Assembly (NCBI RefSeq): GCF_011386835.1
Contig: NC_088795.1
Location: 58,466,001-58,530,000 of the forward strand
Source of the DNA: Chrysemys picta bellii
Taxonomy: Eukaryota
DNA: 64,000 nucleotides
Direction: 5' to 3'
Positions 1 to 11,483 of this stretch are shown here, piece after piece. Below the pieces are notes generated by a model, which was not told the DNA's origin, searched no databases, and saw only the letters and a list, made by a program, of their open reading frames with translations. Each line of letters opens with the position of its first letter. Position 1 is the stretch's first letter. The translations under genes and the position numbers were made by a program.

Positions 1-239
1 GCATACCCAGTGTACTAGGACTTGGAGGAAAGCACTGTAGGTGTTTCAGCAGCCAGGCCTCGTAGGAGCTAACCCTGGTGGGTTCTAATAACTACTCAAA
101 CACATGGCTAAGGTAGAGGGTTTTAGAGTTGCTAGAAAGGGGAAGGTTGCAAATACCCTAGATGAGAAGACTTAACCAGTTACAGTTCAAACCAGTTGAG
201 TACCTGTGGGAGTCCAACTGGGAGTCAGGGCTCTTCAGG

Positions 240-640
240 CCTATGACTTTAGATGCTTCTCCAGTTCAGTCTTTATTCAAGGAAATAAGCATTTGCAGGT
301 TTCCAAGCCAGGCTCAGAGTATCTCATTGAGGACCTTTTGCACTGGTTCCCTTCCCAGCTGCTTCTGCTCCCCCATTAGTCCCACACAGACCTGCACGCA
401 CCTGTGCTGTCAGGTAGTCACAGTCTGTTCCACATGCAGCTCTGCCAACAGTTCCTCTGGCTTCTCTCTAGCTCCCTGCTGCCATGTGGTTCCCCTCCCA
501 CTGTCAAAGAACCCAGCTACTTCCTGGTTCATGACCTTTCTCTGGTCGGGGAAGAAGTGCAATGGGCAGGAGGGCTGATGGGAGTTGTAGTCCCTTGCTT
601 TGCAGATAGGGAGATATTGGATGGCGAGATTAATGTCAGA
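240..640 (-). mobile_element. Probable degenerate LTR fragment
   Basis: On the minus strand a G/A-rich U3-like tract is followed by AATAAA (plus CTTTATT near 271-277). No second terminus or TSD was found. Boundaries are approximate. Confidence 0.3.
580..591 (-). promoter_or_regulatory. ACTACAACTCCC (ZNF143/THAP11-associated 'ACTACA' motif) inside a repeat
   Basis: Plus GGGAGTTGTAGT equals minus ACTACAACTCCC. This is a motif match only; function is unknown. Confidence 0.25.
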
Positions 641-689
641 AGTATCCACTAATTTTGGGTAGCCAATTTGAGATATCCAGAACCAAATT

Positions 690-900
690 TTTCAAAGCAC
701 TTAGTATTATATAGCACTTTATATATTCAAGAACAGCTCATATTGACTTCAGTTGCAGTTGTGAGCACTGAGCACTTCTGTGAATCAGATCCAATTAATG
801 ACCACCTGTAAAAAGTTTGGTTTAAGTAACTTGCTTAGCATCACACAGGAACTCTGTGACAGAGGCAGGGATAGAATCCAGTTCCCCAGCGCAGCATTGA
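690..900 (-). mobile_element. MIR/CORE-SINE-like remnant
   Basis: AAGTAACTTGC...CACACAG...GACAGAGGCAGGGATAGAATCC resembles the reverse complement of the MIR core, and TATTATATAGCACTTT resembles the tail. Confidence 0.5.
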
Positions 901-1320
901 AATGTCTTAACCATGAGACTTTCCTTTTCTTGCTGCAGTCTCCTGCCTCATTCACTACACACACCTTCCAACTTCTGCAACAAATGAGGCAGAGTTCCTA
1001 CGGACAACAGTTTCTTCCTCAAACAAGTTTGATTCATGCTGAAAGCAAGTCCAGCCTGTGTACTGAATGGTGAAGGGGCCATGTCGAACAAAAAGTAGTA
1101 TGTGATCATATAATTAAAGACAATTAATAAATTATGAATCATAATGCATAAAAAGAGGATGAATTAAGGTTGCACAGGCAGCCTTCATTCTGGCATTTCC
1201 TAACTTTTGAGTACTTGACTTTGCAATCTTAATAATTGTTTAAATATATATTTTTGTGTGTAGTTTCCTAGGTTTTTAAAAAGCAAATTGAAAAAAACAG
1301 AAATTTCACCATATCCTATT

Positions 1321-1399
1321 GATGACCACATGGGTCATCAAGGGACTGGAACTTTTAGATCTACTGCACAGACATCTGCCACTTGATCTAACAGACTAA
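1321..1399 (-). mobile_element. tRNA-derived SINE head remnant
   Basis: The minus strand has an A-box-like TAGATCAAGTGG and a B-box-like AAGTTCCAGTCCC at tRNA-like spacing. There is no complete cloverleaf. Confidence 0.4.
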
Positions 1400-1639
1400 A
1401 TGATAGCAATAGTATGTTGTCATCCTCTGAGTTGACCAGCACTGGAGGGCAATGACACACTTTCCCTGTGGGTTTCACAGTTAGCAAAGGAATAGTGAGA
1501 CTCGGGAATGTTAGATTCCATATTAGTTTCTGGAGGGGAGTGTTCTCTAATGGACACAGACTCTTCTGCCTGCTTCTTCCAAGTATTATTCCTTCTGTCC
1601 TATCCCCTCTAACCTTTCCTTGTTCTGTCTCTTCCCCAC

Positions 1640-2330
1640 CCCCGGCTCCTTGTTCCAGTCCCATCTCAGGCTCAGTCTCCTTGTCCAGCCATCCTCATCT
1701 CCCCTCTGAACTTGCCAGTGTCTGGGAACATGTCCCAATCTCCTCCCAACTCCCAGTCTTTTCCCCTCCCATTCCCACTCTCCTTGCCCAGACAGTCCCA
1801 GTTTTCCCCTCCCACCTTCTTATACAATCAGTCTCTCCCTCCTGATTCTCAGTCCCATTCTCCTTCCCCAGTTTTCTCATCCAATCTCAGTCTCCCCACC
1901 ATTCCCGTGGCTTCTTTTCCTAGTTCCTTTTCCTGGCTTCTTTGCTCAGCTAGTGCCAGTTCTCCATCCCTCATCCCAGTTGCTTGTCACATCTGTCTCC
2001 CTTCCTCCCTGTTCCCCTCACTGGTTCCTAATCCTAGTCTCCTTGTTCAACCAATTCCAGTCTTTCTCTGTCCTGCCAACTCTTCATCCATTCTCAATGT
2101 TCCTTTCCTCAGGCAACTGGCTCTCAGTCCCCTTCCGCCAATTTTCTCACCAGCTCCCAGGCCAAGACCCCAATCTCCAGCTTCCAGTTCCAGTTATCTG
2201 ACCAGTCAGTCCCATTCTCCCCCTTCCAGTCATAGTTTCTCTCTCATCAGACTCCTTGTCTCAGTCTTTTCTTATCACTCCTGCTGGTCTGGCTTTTGGC
2301 CACTCTGCATTCAGATCATATGGCTTTCTC
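1640..2330 (+). repeat. Pyrimidine-rich degenerate tandem/low-complexity tract
   Basis: Recurrent CCAGTCCC/CCCAGTCTC/TTCTC units with strong C/T strand bias. It accounts for the Ser/Pro-rich ORFs here. Confidence 0.8.
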
Positions 2331-3238
2331 TTCCATGATGCCTGAGTGCCAGGCAGGGGTCACTGAGAACACAGGAGAGACAGGCTCCCTGCTTTCAGTT
2401 TTGGTGCCTGATGCATCACCAGCTCAGAGCTGCTGGGAGCAATAAAAGTCCATCTGAAAGTCCTTCTGAGCCCCCACTATTCCTGGCCTGGGGAATGCTT
2501 TGTCAGTCTGTGGGGATGGCATATCCACAGTCTGGTCAGCACTAGGAACTTTGAGAGGCTGAAGCATCCTCTGTGTGAAAGGAATCTTTGGTGATTTTAG
2601 CTACTAAAATCTAAGAAGTCTCTACTGAGCAAGTGCAAATCATGATTCTTCAGAGGTTCCTAACTTGGTCTAATTTGGGTGGATTTTCAGAGGATTGACA
2701 AAAGGCACACGCTAGCACGAAGGGACCCTCTCCCTTCAAATTTCAAGTGCCTGCTCCACCGTGAGGGGATGCTAGAGCATTTCAAAGAAAAGATCTCAAT
2801 GATATTTTTAACATGGGGAAAACAATATATTTGCCCCTAGCCTTGTTCTCAGAAGTGGCTGAACAACAACAAAAGACAAAACAAAAAATCAGCCTGAGAC
2901 AGACACCCAGCATGGAAAATTTTGGACCAAATGATTAAAGTGTCACAAAATTACAAACAACTGCAAATAGTTGAGCACCCATAGTCATAGGTGGAGCAAC
3001 TAGCCCCACCTATAATAATATTATGTAGTTACTTACATAGCAGCCATGAGGTGCAGCAGCTGTGTTGCCACAGGAACCGTCAACAGGGGTTCCATCTTCC
3101 TGTTGCTTCCCTAATATCTCAGCCATTATCTCCTCTCCCCACTCCTTCCCACAGGAGGGAGACTATCAGTGGTGATTACCACAGCCTATTCTTGCCTTTT
3201 TCAGCTTTGTCCACAATGCTATAGCAGAAGCAGTTAAA

Positions 3239-3425
3239 GGCACCCTCTACACTGAGTGGTGTGATTCCCCTTCTCATGTACACATACCTGTGCTAGCTCT
3301 CATTGGGCTAACATGAGTATAAATAGCAGTGTAGCCATGGTATCACTGGTAGCGGCAGCAGAGGCACGGCTGAGCCATGCCGAGCACGAACCTGCTTGAA
3401 TCCCATGGGTACATACCTGGGACTG
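3239..3425. mobile_element. Degenerate Harbinger-type MITE
   Basis: GGCACCCTCTACACT resembles the GG..GTCTACACT Harbinger TIR, and there is an internal GCAGTGTAGCC motif. The right end is unclear. Confidence 0.4.
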
Positions 3426-5335
3426 CTAATTTTACATTTATGATTTTCACAAAGCTTTTTTCTTCCTTATGTCAGTCAAGGCTTGGAACAGACATATCAA
3501 AATGTAGTAAGAAAGGGCATGCCATAAATCTTGCAAAAAGAAAAACAACAACAAAAAATGGATCTGTTTAGTTGTCCAGCCTGATTCTCTGTACTAAGTG
3601 CTTCAGATAATCTTCTGAACTTTTGGATGCTTTCCTGTATCTGTATGAACCTTTTGAGCATCACCTGTCCCTATAAAAACCTCATATCCACATACATTTC
3701 ACAATGAGAACTACTTCACAATCTGAAAGTTCAAGAGGTAAGAGGCTGCTGTTTCTTATTAGCAAAAAACCCATAATTTTGATGGTCTCAGTCTATGCTA
3801 GATAGGTGTCCACATCACACTATCTGTGCTGTAACTGTTGTGTTAATAAATAGAGCTCTTCTGTCTCCAATCCAGTCATTCAGACACCTTTCAAAATCAC
3901 TACAATGAAATGAAAAATATATTGGAGAAAACTAGAATTTGAAACTTATTCTAGGAGGATCATTATTTTAAACAATCTCTGTAGGTGCTAACTAAAGCCC
4001 AGTCTTGCAGACACTTACATGACTAAAGTTTTGTATCGATGGGCCCTTAGCTATTCCTATCTTTAAAAAGCTATTGGGCCTTATTAAAATTTATACAAAG
4101 ACTCCATTACACTAATCTAGCAGTGTAAAGGGCCTCAAAATGGGGCGGGGGTGTCAATGTAATTTATATCCCTTTTAAGACCACTCTACACTCTCAGATT
4201 TATAAAATGGGTTTTTAGCATTATTCTCAAAATGAAATTATCAACTGTTGCAGAAATTACTGTGATTTAAAATAATATGTTTAACAACAGTTTTGTTATC
4301 CTAGCCATTTGTTTATGGATTGAGTAGAGATTTTATACATGATATAAAATTTTAATCCAATATTCAACATTTTTGATCCATCCCATTTTAACAATGCATA
4401 GGAAACTAATTTATGAACATTTACATTCTGCCAGCAGTTCATTTTAATAATCTGATATATGTTTTAATGTCTCTCTTTTAGAAGTGTTAAGAACTGAAAA
4501 CACAATTCCTCTCTGAAAATTCTGCAGAAAAAGGCCTTGTTGTCATTTAATCCAAAACCCCTTTTATGCCACTCTGACAATATAAAGGATCCAAAATGGG
4601 TTTAAATGTAATTTACACACATCTTAAGGCCACAATATATTGCTAGAGCAGTGTAAAGGGACTGTATTATGTATAAAATCACCACTTGTCAAGATTTTTT
4701 GCATAATTCTATTATATTCTAATAAATAGTGAGGGAAGAAAAAAATAAACGTATATACACACAGATTGATTTTACAAAGAATATTCTTCTGTTTTTAATG
4801 AGATGTCAGCTACTCTTGAGAAGTTCTTAAAGTTTTATGGCAAATTATATATCTAGATTTTGCTATATAAATTGAAATAAAGTAATCAATTAATATGTAA
4901 GTAATTTTGCTATTGAACAAATGAAGTAGGTATGAAAAGCGCTAATTAAGAGCACTGTCTGCTGTACTTCACATTAATGATTCTCTAAGAACTGATTTTA
5001 TTTGTGAATTTACTTAATAACAAAGGAATTAAAGAGGACAAACTTATTTGTGTGAAACTAGTACTCTAAATGCATATCTATATCTGAACTACTGGCTTGT
5101 CTAATCCATTTTACTGTGGATAGTTGGCCTGACGTGACTTCAGATTAGTTTAATAGGGATTAAAGTGGCATGAGTGTATAACTCAATGAATTCGCAAGTA
5201 CAAACATGTATAGGAATTCATTTATCTTTAAGGGCAGGAGAGAAGGAGAAAGTTCAACGTAAAATCTGGATACATTTATAAACAGTGGTACTTTTCTGGG
5301 AAATATTGAAAACAGCTCACAACTGTGCAATTATG

Positions 5336-5665
5336 GGGCCAAATCCTGATCTCTTTACTCAGGACTGGTCTACACTAACCCTCCACTTTGAACTAAGATA
5401 CGCAACTTCAGCTACGTGAATAACATAGCTGAATTCAAAGTACCCTAGTTCGAACTTACCGCGGGTCCACACGCGGCAGGCAGGCTCCCCCGTCGACTTC
5501 GCGTACTCCTCTCGTGGAGCAGGAGTACCGGCGTTGACAGCGAGCACTTCCGGGATCGATCCCAGAAGATCGATTGCTTACCGCCTGACCCAGAGGTAAG
5601 TATAGATGTACCCTCAGTCATTACCCACACTGAAATCAAGGAGTAAAGACTTCAAGATTTGGCCC
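5336..5665. mobile_element. Short palindromic element (GGGCCAAATC...GATTTGGCCC), host of a Harbinger MITE
   Basis: Perfect 10-bp terminal inverted repeat. It is about 75 bp once the nested MITE and one TSD are removed. Confidence 0.6.
5362..5613. mobile_element. Non-autonomous Harbinger (PIF/Harbinger) MITE
   Basis: Termini GGACTGGTCTACACT and AGTATAGATGTACCC. 3-bp TSD TCA at 5359-5361 and 5614-5616. CpG-rich. Homologous to 42269-42554. Confidence 0.9.
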
Positions 5666-6171
5666 ATGGAAAATAAATGTACATGTCTCTATGTAAACCT
5701 AGTCCCCTTGATTGCTGCCCAAATAAAGGAGGCCTCTGGCATTCAGCTTTGTGGGCTGGCATGATCTGTGCATAATGTTTTTAGAACAAGAGCTGCCAAG
5801 AGAAGGGGGTCAAAGACAGCCAAATTATGATATCACAGCAATAAAACCTCATCGTAGTGACATAGATAAAACACTCTGTAAATTGCTTTTGTTCATTTTA
5901 ATTTATTAAGAGCTTTTGAACTATGGGTTTCATTCCGTGACATGCTTTCGTTTACCTTTCATGTCCTTCATTAATTTGTTTCCTCTTTTAAAAATAATAT
6001 CACATTTTTGGCAGTTTGAAACTGCTGAAACTATATATCATACCTTACATGAAGTAGCTTCGCCAGAGATTCAGGAACCTACAGTATTCTGAAAACCTAG
6101 GCTAGACTTTTTGACTAGATTTGTCTAGTTGCTGGCTGAGTGGAATTGCCTTTCTGTCATGCTGTCATGAC

Positions 6172-7067
6172 TAAGGCTAAGATTTTGTCACAGATATTTT
6201 TAGTAAAAGTCACGAACAGGTAGCGGGCAAAAAAGAAAAATTCAGGGAAGCCGTGACCTGTCGGTGACTTTTACTAAAAATATCCATGACAAAATGGGGA
6301 TCTGCGGGTCCTGAAGTGGGGCAGTTGCTCAGGGGCTATGAATCACATGCAGCAGCTGGGGGCTGTGGAGCGTCCCTGCCACCAGTAGCTCCAGGGGTCC
6401 CCGGTTGCCCAGGGAGCTGTGGGGTGCCCCCACCTCCCATGTCAGCTGGGAGCTGAAGGGTTTCCCCTCTGCCTGCAGCTCCAGGGGCTGGGGTGGCCGG
6501 GAGCCTGGGGGTTCCCCCATGGTGTCCAGAAGCTGGGGGGGTTCCCCTAACACCCCCCAGTGGCCGGGAGGTGGGGGGTTCCTCCCCAGTAGCTGGGAGC
6601 TGGGGGGTTCCCCCACAGCATCTGGGAGCTCAGGGGTTTCCCTGCATCCCTCGTCGGCCAGGAGCTTGGGGGTTCCCCCACTGCCCATGGTGGCTTGGAG
6701 CTCCAGGGGCCTCCAGAGGCGGTGGGGTATGCCACAGCTTCATGTGGGCGGCTGGGTACCCTGCAGCTCCTGACCACCACAGGCCATGGAGAAGAAGAAA
6801 AAAAACAAACAAACCCCAATTCATAGAATATCAGAGTTGGAAGGGACCTCAGAAGGTCATCTAGTCCAACCCCCTGCTCAAAGCAGGACCAATCCCCAGA
6901 CAGATTTTTGCCCAAGATCCCTAAATGGCCCCCTCAAGGATTGAATTTATAACCCTGGGTTTAGCAAGCCAATGCTCAAACCACTGAGCTATCCCTCCCC
7001 TTCCCAGGTTGCTGGAAGTAATGGATTCTGTGACTTACACGACCTCTGTGACTAAATCATAGCCTTA
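6172..7067. mobile_element. Non-autonomous hAT transposon with internal GC-rich tandem repeats
   Basis: TIRs TAAGGCTAAGATTTTGTCAC and GTGACTAAATCATAGCCTTA. Perfect 8-bp TSD GTCATGAC at 6164-6171 and 7068-7075. Confidence 0.9.
6821..7000 (-). mobile_element. Tortoise PolIII/SINE (tRNA-derived head, CR1-derived 3' tail), nested in hAT
   Basis: Minus strand reads GGGGAGGGATAGCTCAGTGGTTTGAGCATTGG (tRNA-like head) and ends GGACTAGATGACCTTCTGAGGTCCCTTCCAACTCTGATATTCTATGA (CR1-type tail). Confidence 0.9.
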
Positions 7068-7241
7068 GTCATGACGAATAGGTGGTCCATCTTTAAGACC
7101 AGTCTGCTTTTCCTGTGGACATTGGTGGTTTGTGAAATTGTGACACATTTTTTCTGGGGAGGATGGGTATGCATAGGAACTTACTGTAAATAATAAAAAA
7201 TATTGGGGCTGTTTCTTTTTGCTGCTTTTGCAAGTGGAGTG

Positions 7242-7467
7242 TGTTAGGAGTACACACTGTGCCTTTAAGAGCAGAGTACAAGTTAGAGGGAGCTGGATTG
7301 GGGCTAGTGAGAATGAGTTGGAAGCAGTCTAGTGGCAGCTTCACCAGATACAGATCTAGGAGCACATGGCTCTCCTTTGTCTTATATAACTCTGTTTTAG
7401 TTCTAATAAAGCCTTACTTCTGAGTCCAGACTGTGCCTTCCTTCTTATGAATGCATAAGACAACACA
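7242..7467 (+). repeat. 5' LTR of Gypsy element
   Basis: TGTTAGGAG...AAGACAACACA, contains AATAAA, and is a direct repeat of 11484-11708. The end could be 7465 if the terminus is AACA. Confidence 0.9.
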
Positions 7468-7480
7468 TGGTACCAGAGTG
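7468..7480 (+). other. Primer-binding-site-like motif TGGTACCAGAGTG
   Basis: TGG-starting motif immediately after the 5' LTR. The priming tRNA was not determined. Confidence 0.7.
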
Positions 7481-7535
7481 AGGTGTAAGTGAGGACAGAC
7501 AAAAGAGGACTGTGTGAAGGAGTAAAGGAGTTATC

Positions 7536-8330
7536 ATGAAAATAGAGCAAGTAAAAGCCTCCAAGGAGCTGAAACTGTTAGATAATGCAGGAAACTCCTG
7601 GAAGAGATTCAAAGAGTGTTTATATGTATATATGCAAGCAGCTGGCTTTGGTGAGAAAGAAGACCAGCAGAAAACAACAATCTTCTTAAACATTGCAGGA
7701 CTTGAGGTAGTTGCTGTCTTTAATAGCATGCCACTAAATCAGGCAGAGAGAGCAAGTTATGACACAGTTTTGCAGAAATTTGAAGACTATTGTATACCTT
7801 TAAAAAGTGAGAGTTTTGAAAGGTAAAAGTTTCACCTTGGAAGACAAAAGGAAGGAGAGAGTGTTAAAAATTCCTAATACCTGAAAGTAATGAGCTAAAC
7901 CTGCCACTAAGAACAGTTAACAGATTCAGTTATAAGGAATCAAATTGTAATTGGAATCAGAGATCCAAAGCTGCAAAAAACAACAACAAAAAAACCTATT
8001 GGAAGATATGGATCTCACTTTGGAAAAAGCAGTAAGCCTGATCATGCAGCAGAAATCTCTCTGAACTGAATAAAATAATGGAAGGAGAACAGGAAACTGC
8101 CACTCTGGATAGACTGACAAGAGAGAGGAAAAACTGGCAAGCAAGAAGTCAGTACAGAACAAAAACACAAAGAAGCCTGAAAAAGCAAAGGACGAGAGTT
8201 TGCAAGGGACAGCTTCTAGGACTGCACAAGATGTGGACACAAACACAGACCTCAGCAATGACCAGCTTCTAGTGAATGCTGCAATATTTGTAAGAAATAC
8301 AATATTTTTGCCAAACTCTGCAACCAGCAT
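7536..8330 (+). pseudogene. gag: Gypsy gag remnant (stops and frameshifts) with two Zn knuckles
   Basis: The N-terminus MKIEQVKASKELKL..NSWKRFK..KTTIFLNIAG is typical of Mag-type gag. 8223-8321 translates CTRCGHKHRPQQ*PASSECCNICKKYNIFAKLC. Confidence 0.8.
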
Positions 8331-8454
8331 AAACAACTGCAGAAGAGGAAGCAAAGCCTGCATGCTGATGCAGGAATCCAGGAAAAGAGCACAGACATTA
8401 ACACAGAAGAGGTGTTCTATGTGGGAGTTGTATCTGAAGAGGAAGGAACAGATG

Positions 8455-8774
8455 AAATGACAATTTCCTTAGAGACTAATGGGACTTTTATTACCTACAA
8501 ATTTGACACTGGTGCTCAGGTAAATGTTGTTTCAGATACTAATGTTAAAAGGTTGAAGAAAAAAACAAGGAACATGGTGAGCAAACAGGTTGAATGGAAA
8601 GTTTATAATAGGGACCCTGTTCCTACTAGTACATGTGTACTGGAAGTAAAGGCAAAAGATCAAATAGAATTGGTAAACTTTGTGATAGTTAAAGGGAATG
8701 AAGCACCTATATTGGGTTTAAAAATATGTCAAACCCTTGGGCTGATACAAAGAATTCACATGGTAAGGAGATAA
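8455..8774 (+). pseudogene. Gypsy aspartic protease remnant
   Basis: YKFDTGAQVNVV active-site motif and PILGLKIC C-terminal motif. Confidence 0.85.
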
Positions 8775-8899
8775 GGGCCACAGGCATAGAGGAACACTAT
8801 CAGGATGTTTTTGGAGGCAGAGAAAAACTAGCAACTGAATAGAAAATTGAACTAACAGAACCAAATTGTCCTTTCGTACATGTCCCTAGAAATATTATT

Positions 8900-9400
8900 C
8901 TAAGTATGAGGGGGGAAAAGCTCAAAGAAGAACTGGATCGTTTAGTAACAACAGACATTGTTAGAAGAGCCGAAGAGCCTAAAGAATGGGTGCACTCATT
9001 AGTAATAGTAGAAAAAAGGATGTAACATTGAGATTATGCCTAAATCCTAAAGAGTTTAACAAATATATCAAAAGAGAACATTTTCAGTTACCTACTAGGG
9101 AAGACATTTTTGGGGATATGGCTGGTGCAAAGTATTTTACTACTTTAGACGCATTGTCTGGCTTCTGGCAGATTCCCTTAGATGAGAGGTGCTCCGAATT
9201 ATGAAAGGTATTGCTTTCTCAGATTACCGTTTAGTCTAAAATCCACTCTAGACGTCTTTCACAGAACTGTGCAGCAAATATTGAGGAAAATTGAAGGCAC
9301 AAAAGTATATATAGATGATAATCTCATCTGGGGCAGCCCAATAGAGGAACATAATTACAGGTTAAAGAGAGCATTGGATGGGGCTAAAGCAGAGGCCTGA
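8900..9400 (+). pseudogene. pol: Gypsy reverse transcriptase remnant (frameshifted)
   Basis: LRLCLNPKEFNKYIKREHFQLPT, YFTTLDALSGFWQIPLD, YCFLRLPF and the YIDD catalytic motif, split over frames. Confidence 0.9.
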
Positions 9401-9696
9401 AGCAAAATAAAAATTTAAATTCAGGCTCAGAAAAATTACCTGATTAGGAGGAAGGTTAATCGAACAAGGGGTATATATTGATTTTATCAGAACACAAGCT
9501 ATAACAAATATGCCACACTCCGAAAATAAGGAGGTAATATAGAGGTTCATATGAATGTTAATTATGTTGGTAAATTTATACCTAATTTGGCTGTACAAAC
9601 CAGCAACTTCCATGTACTCATGCAAAAGAATAGTCTATGGACATGGGATGCTAACCTGGACAAAGAGTTTAATAACTTAAAACCCTGTGCTAAGGT

Positions 9697-10090
9697 ATTT
9701 TGACAGCAGGAGGCAGACCAAATTGTCCATTGATACCTCCAAAGAAGGAATAGGGACAACACTGCTACAAAAAATATGATGACCATTGGACACCTGAGGT
9801 GTATGCATCCACGGCTTTTGCAAAAACAGAAGCCATTATGTCCAAATTGAAAAGGAAGCTTTAGCTGGGTGCATGGTTGAAAAAAATTCCATGTATTCAT
9901 TTATGGAAGACCAGTTGTTGCAGAAACATACCATAAGCCTCTGATAATCAATTGCAAAGAAGGGGCTAGCTGAGACTCCATGCAGAATACAACTGTTTTT
10001 TTCAGCTCCAATTGTATGGTTTAACAACAGTATATAAACCAGGAAAAGAGGTGGGGGTAGTGGACACATTTTCCAGAGCATTTCATAAAA
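9697..10090 (+). pseudogene. Gypsy RNase H remnant
   Basis: Manual translation gives FDSRRQTKLSIDTSKEGIGTTLLQK...YAS...YVQIEKEALA across frameshifts. Confidence 0.75.
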
Positions 10091-10349
10091 TTGTAGTAAA
10101 AACAAAGATGGAATCTGACAGAGAGCAGGTCAACCTAACAAAAAAAGAATGGTCCGGTCTTAGAAAGGAAGTAGATTGAATTTGCTGAGGCTACTGCTAA
10201 TGATGAGACTCTACAGAGGGTAATTAAGGCAATGACCTGGTGACCAGGATATTACATACCAAGTCCATATTTCCAGTTCAAAGCAGAGCTGTGTTGTTGA
10301 TGGCATATTGTTTAGGGGAAATAGTTTAGTAGTGCCTCAGATGTTATAA

Positions 10350-11110
10350 GCTGATGTGCTCTCAAGAATATATGACGAACAATTGGGCGGGGAGAAATGT
10401 AAATACAGAGCCAAAGAGATACCCTATTGGCCATAAATGTGAATAATGAGATAGAGAAAACTGTTAAAATGTGTGAAACATTTCAAAAATACCAACCTAA
10501 ATAGAAAAACAATGAACAGTGAAGGCCATGGTTTAAAGTTGGGGTGGATTTATTTACATAGTAGGGAAAAACTATGTTTTCATTTTGGATTATTATTCTC
10601 ATTATCCAGAGATTTTTTCATTAGCAAATACCACATAAAATCTGTTATAACGTTTATAAAATCCATGTTTTCCAGGCATGGAATCCCTGAAGTTATCATG
10701 TCTGATAATGATCCACAGTTTGATGGAGATGAATTTAAAAAATTGCTAGGCAGTATGGGTTTAAGCATGTAACTTCAAATCCAAAGTATCCTCAATCCAA
10801 TGGTCTTGTAGAGAATGGTGTGAAAATTGTTAAATGACTTTTGAAAGAGACGACTGACTGGTACAGCTTCATATTTGGCTGTAGAGTAGCACCAGTGAAT
10901 CATGGACTGTCACCTGCAGATATATTGTTTGGCAGGAAGTTTAGAACAAGACTCCTTAATTTAGTAATAATCCCTCAGAGCAATACTGATTTAGATGTCT
11001 ATAAACAACATGGTAAGTGTCAGCAAAAGATGTATTATGATGGAGGGTCCAGTGTGTTGGAGCCTTTGAAGCCTAGAGATGCGGTGTGGATTCATGATGG
11101 CACTTGCTAG
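10350..11110 (+). pseudogene. Gypsy integrase remnant
   Basis: Zn-finger-like LGGEKCKYRAKE.YWP and core SVITFIKSMFSRHGIPEVIMSDNDPQF, then SNGLVE-like and GLSPADILFGRKFRTRL segments. Confidence 0.85.
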
Positions 11111-11471
11111 GCCCCGAGGGCAGTAGTGACTCGTGAGGTTACCCCACAATCTCATGAAGTACAGACTCCTGAGGGGCATCGTTTGAGAGGAACTGGAGAC
11201 ATCTGCATCTTCCTGAAGAAGAATAGGATAAGGAGGCAAATACATCAGCTACAGGACAAAGCACTGAGAAAACCATAGAGTATCTTTCAGATCAGCAAAC
11301 AGAGCAGTCTGATGATTCAGCTCATGCAAGGACTGAAGTGGTGCCTCGTAGATCTAACAGGCTGTGCAGAGCACCTGACAGAGTCTTTGAGCACTGCTAA
11401 CAAAGTTGAATATGATATGGTATTTATACAGAAACAGTATAAGTGTTAAATTGTTTGGGATTGTGTTTGCT

Positions 11472-11483
11472 AGAAAGGGGAGA
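11472..11483 (+). other. Polypurine tract
   Basis: AGAAAGGGGAGA directly before the 3' LTR. Confidence 0.85.

Noticed and set aside
1712-2338. 208-aa Ser/Pro-rich ORF as a host gene
   Set aside because: It is a by-product of the C/T low-complexity tract and has no domain motifs.
6329-6915. Several overlapping ~120-aa Gly/Pro-rich ORFs on both strands
   Set aside because: They lie in the GC-rich internal repeats of a non-autonomous hAT, where stops are rare.
6930-7000. tRNA gene
   Set aside because: The tRNA-like sequence runs directly into a CR1-type tail, so it is a SINE head.
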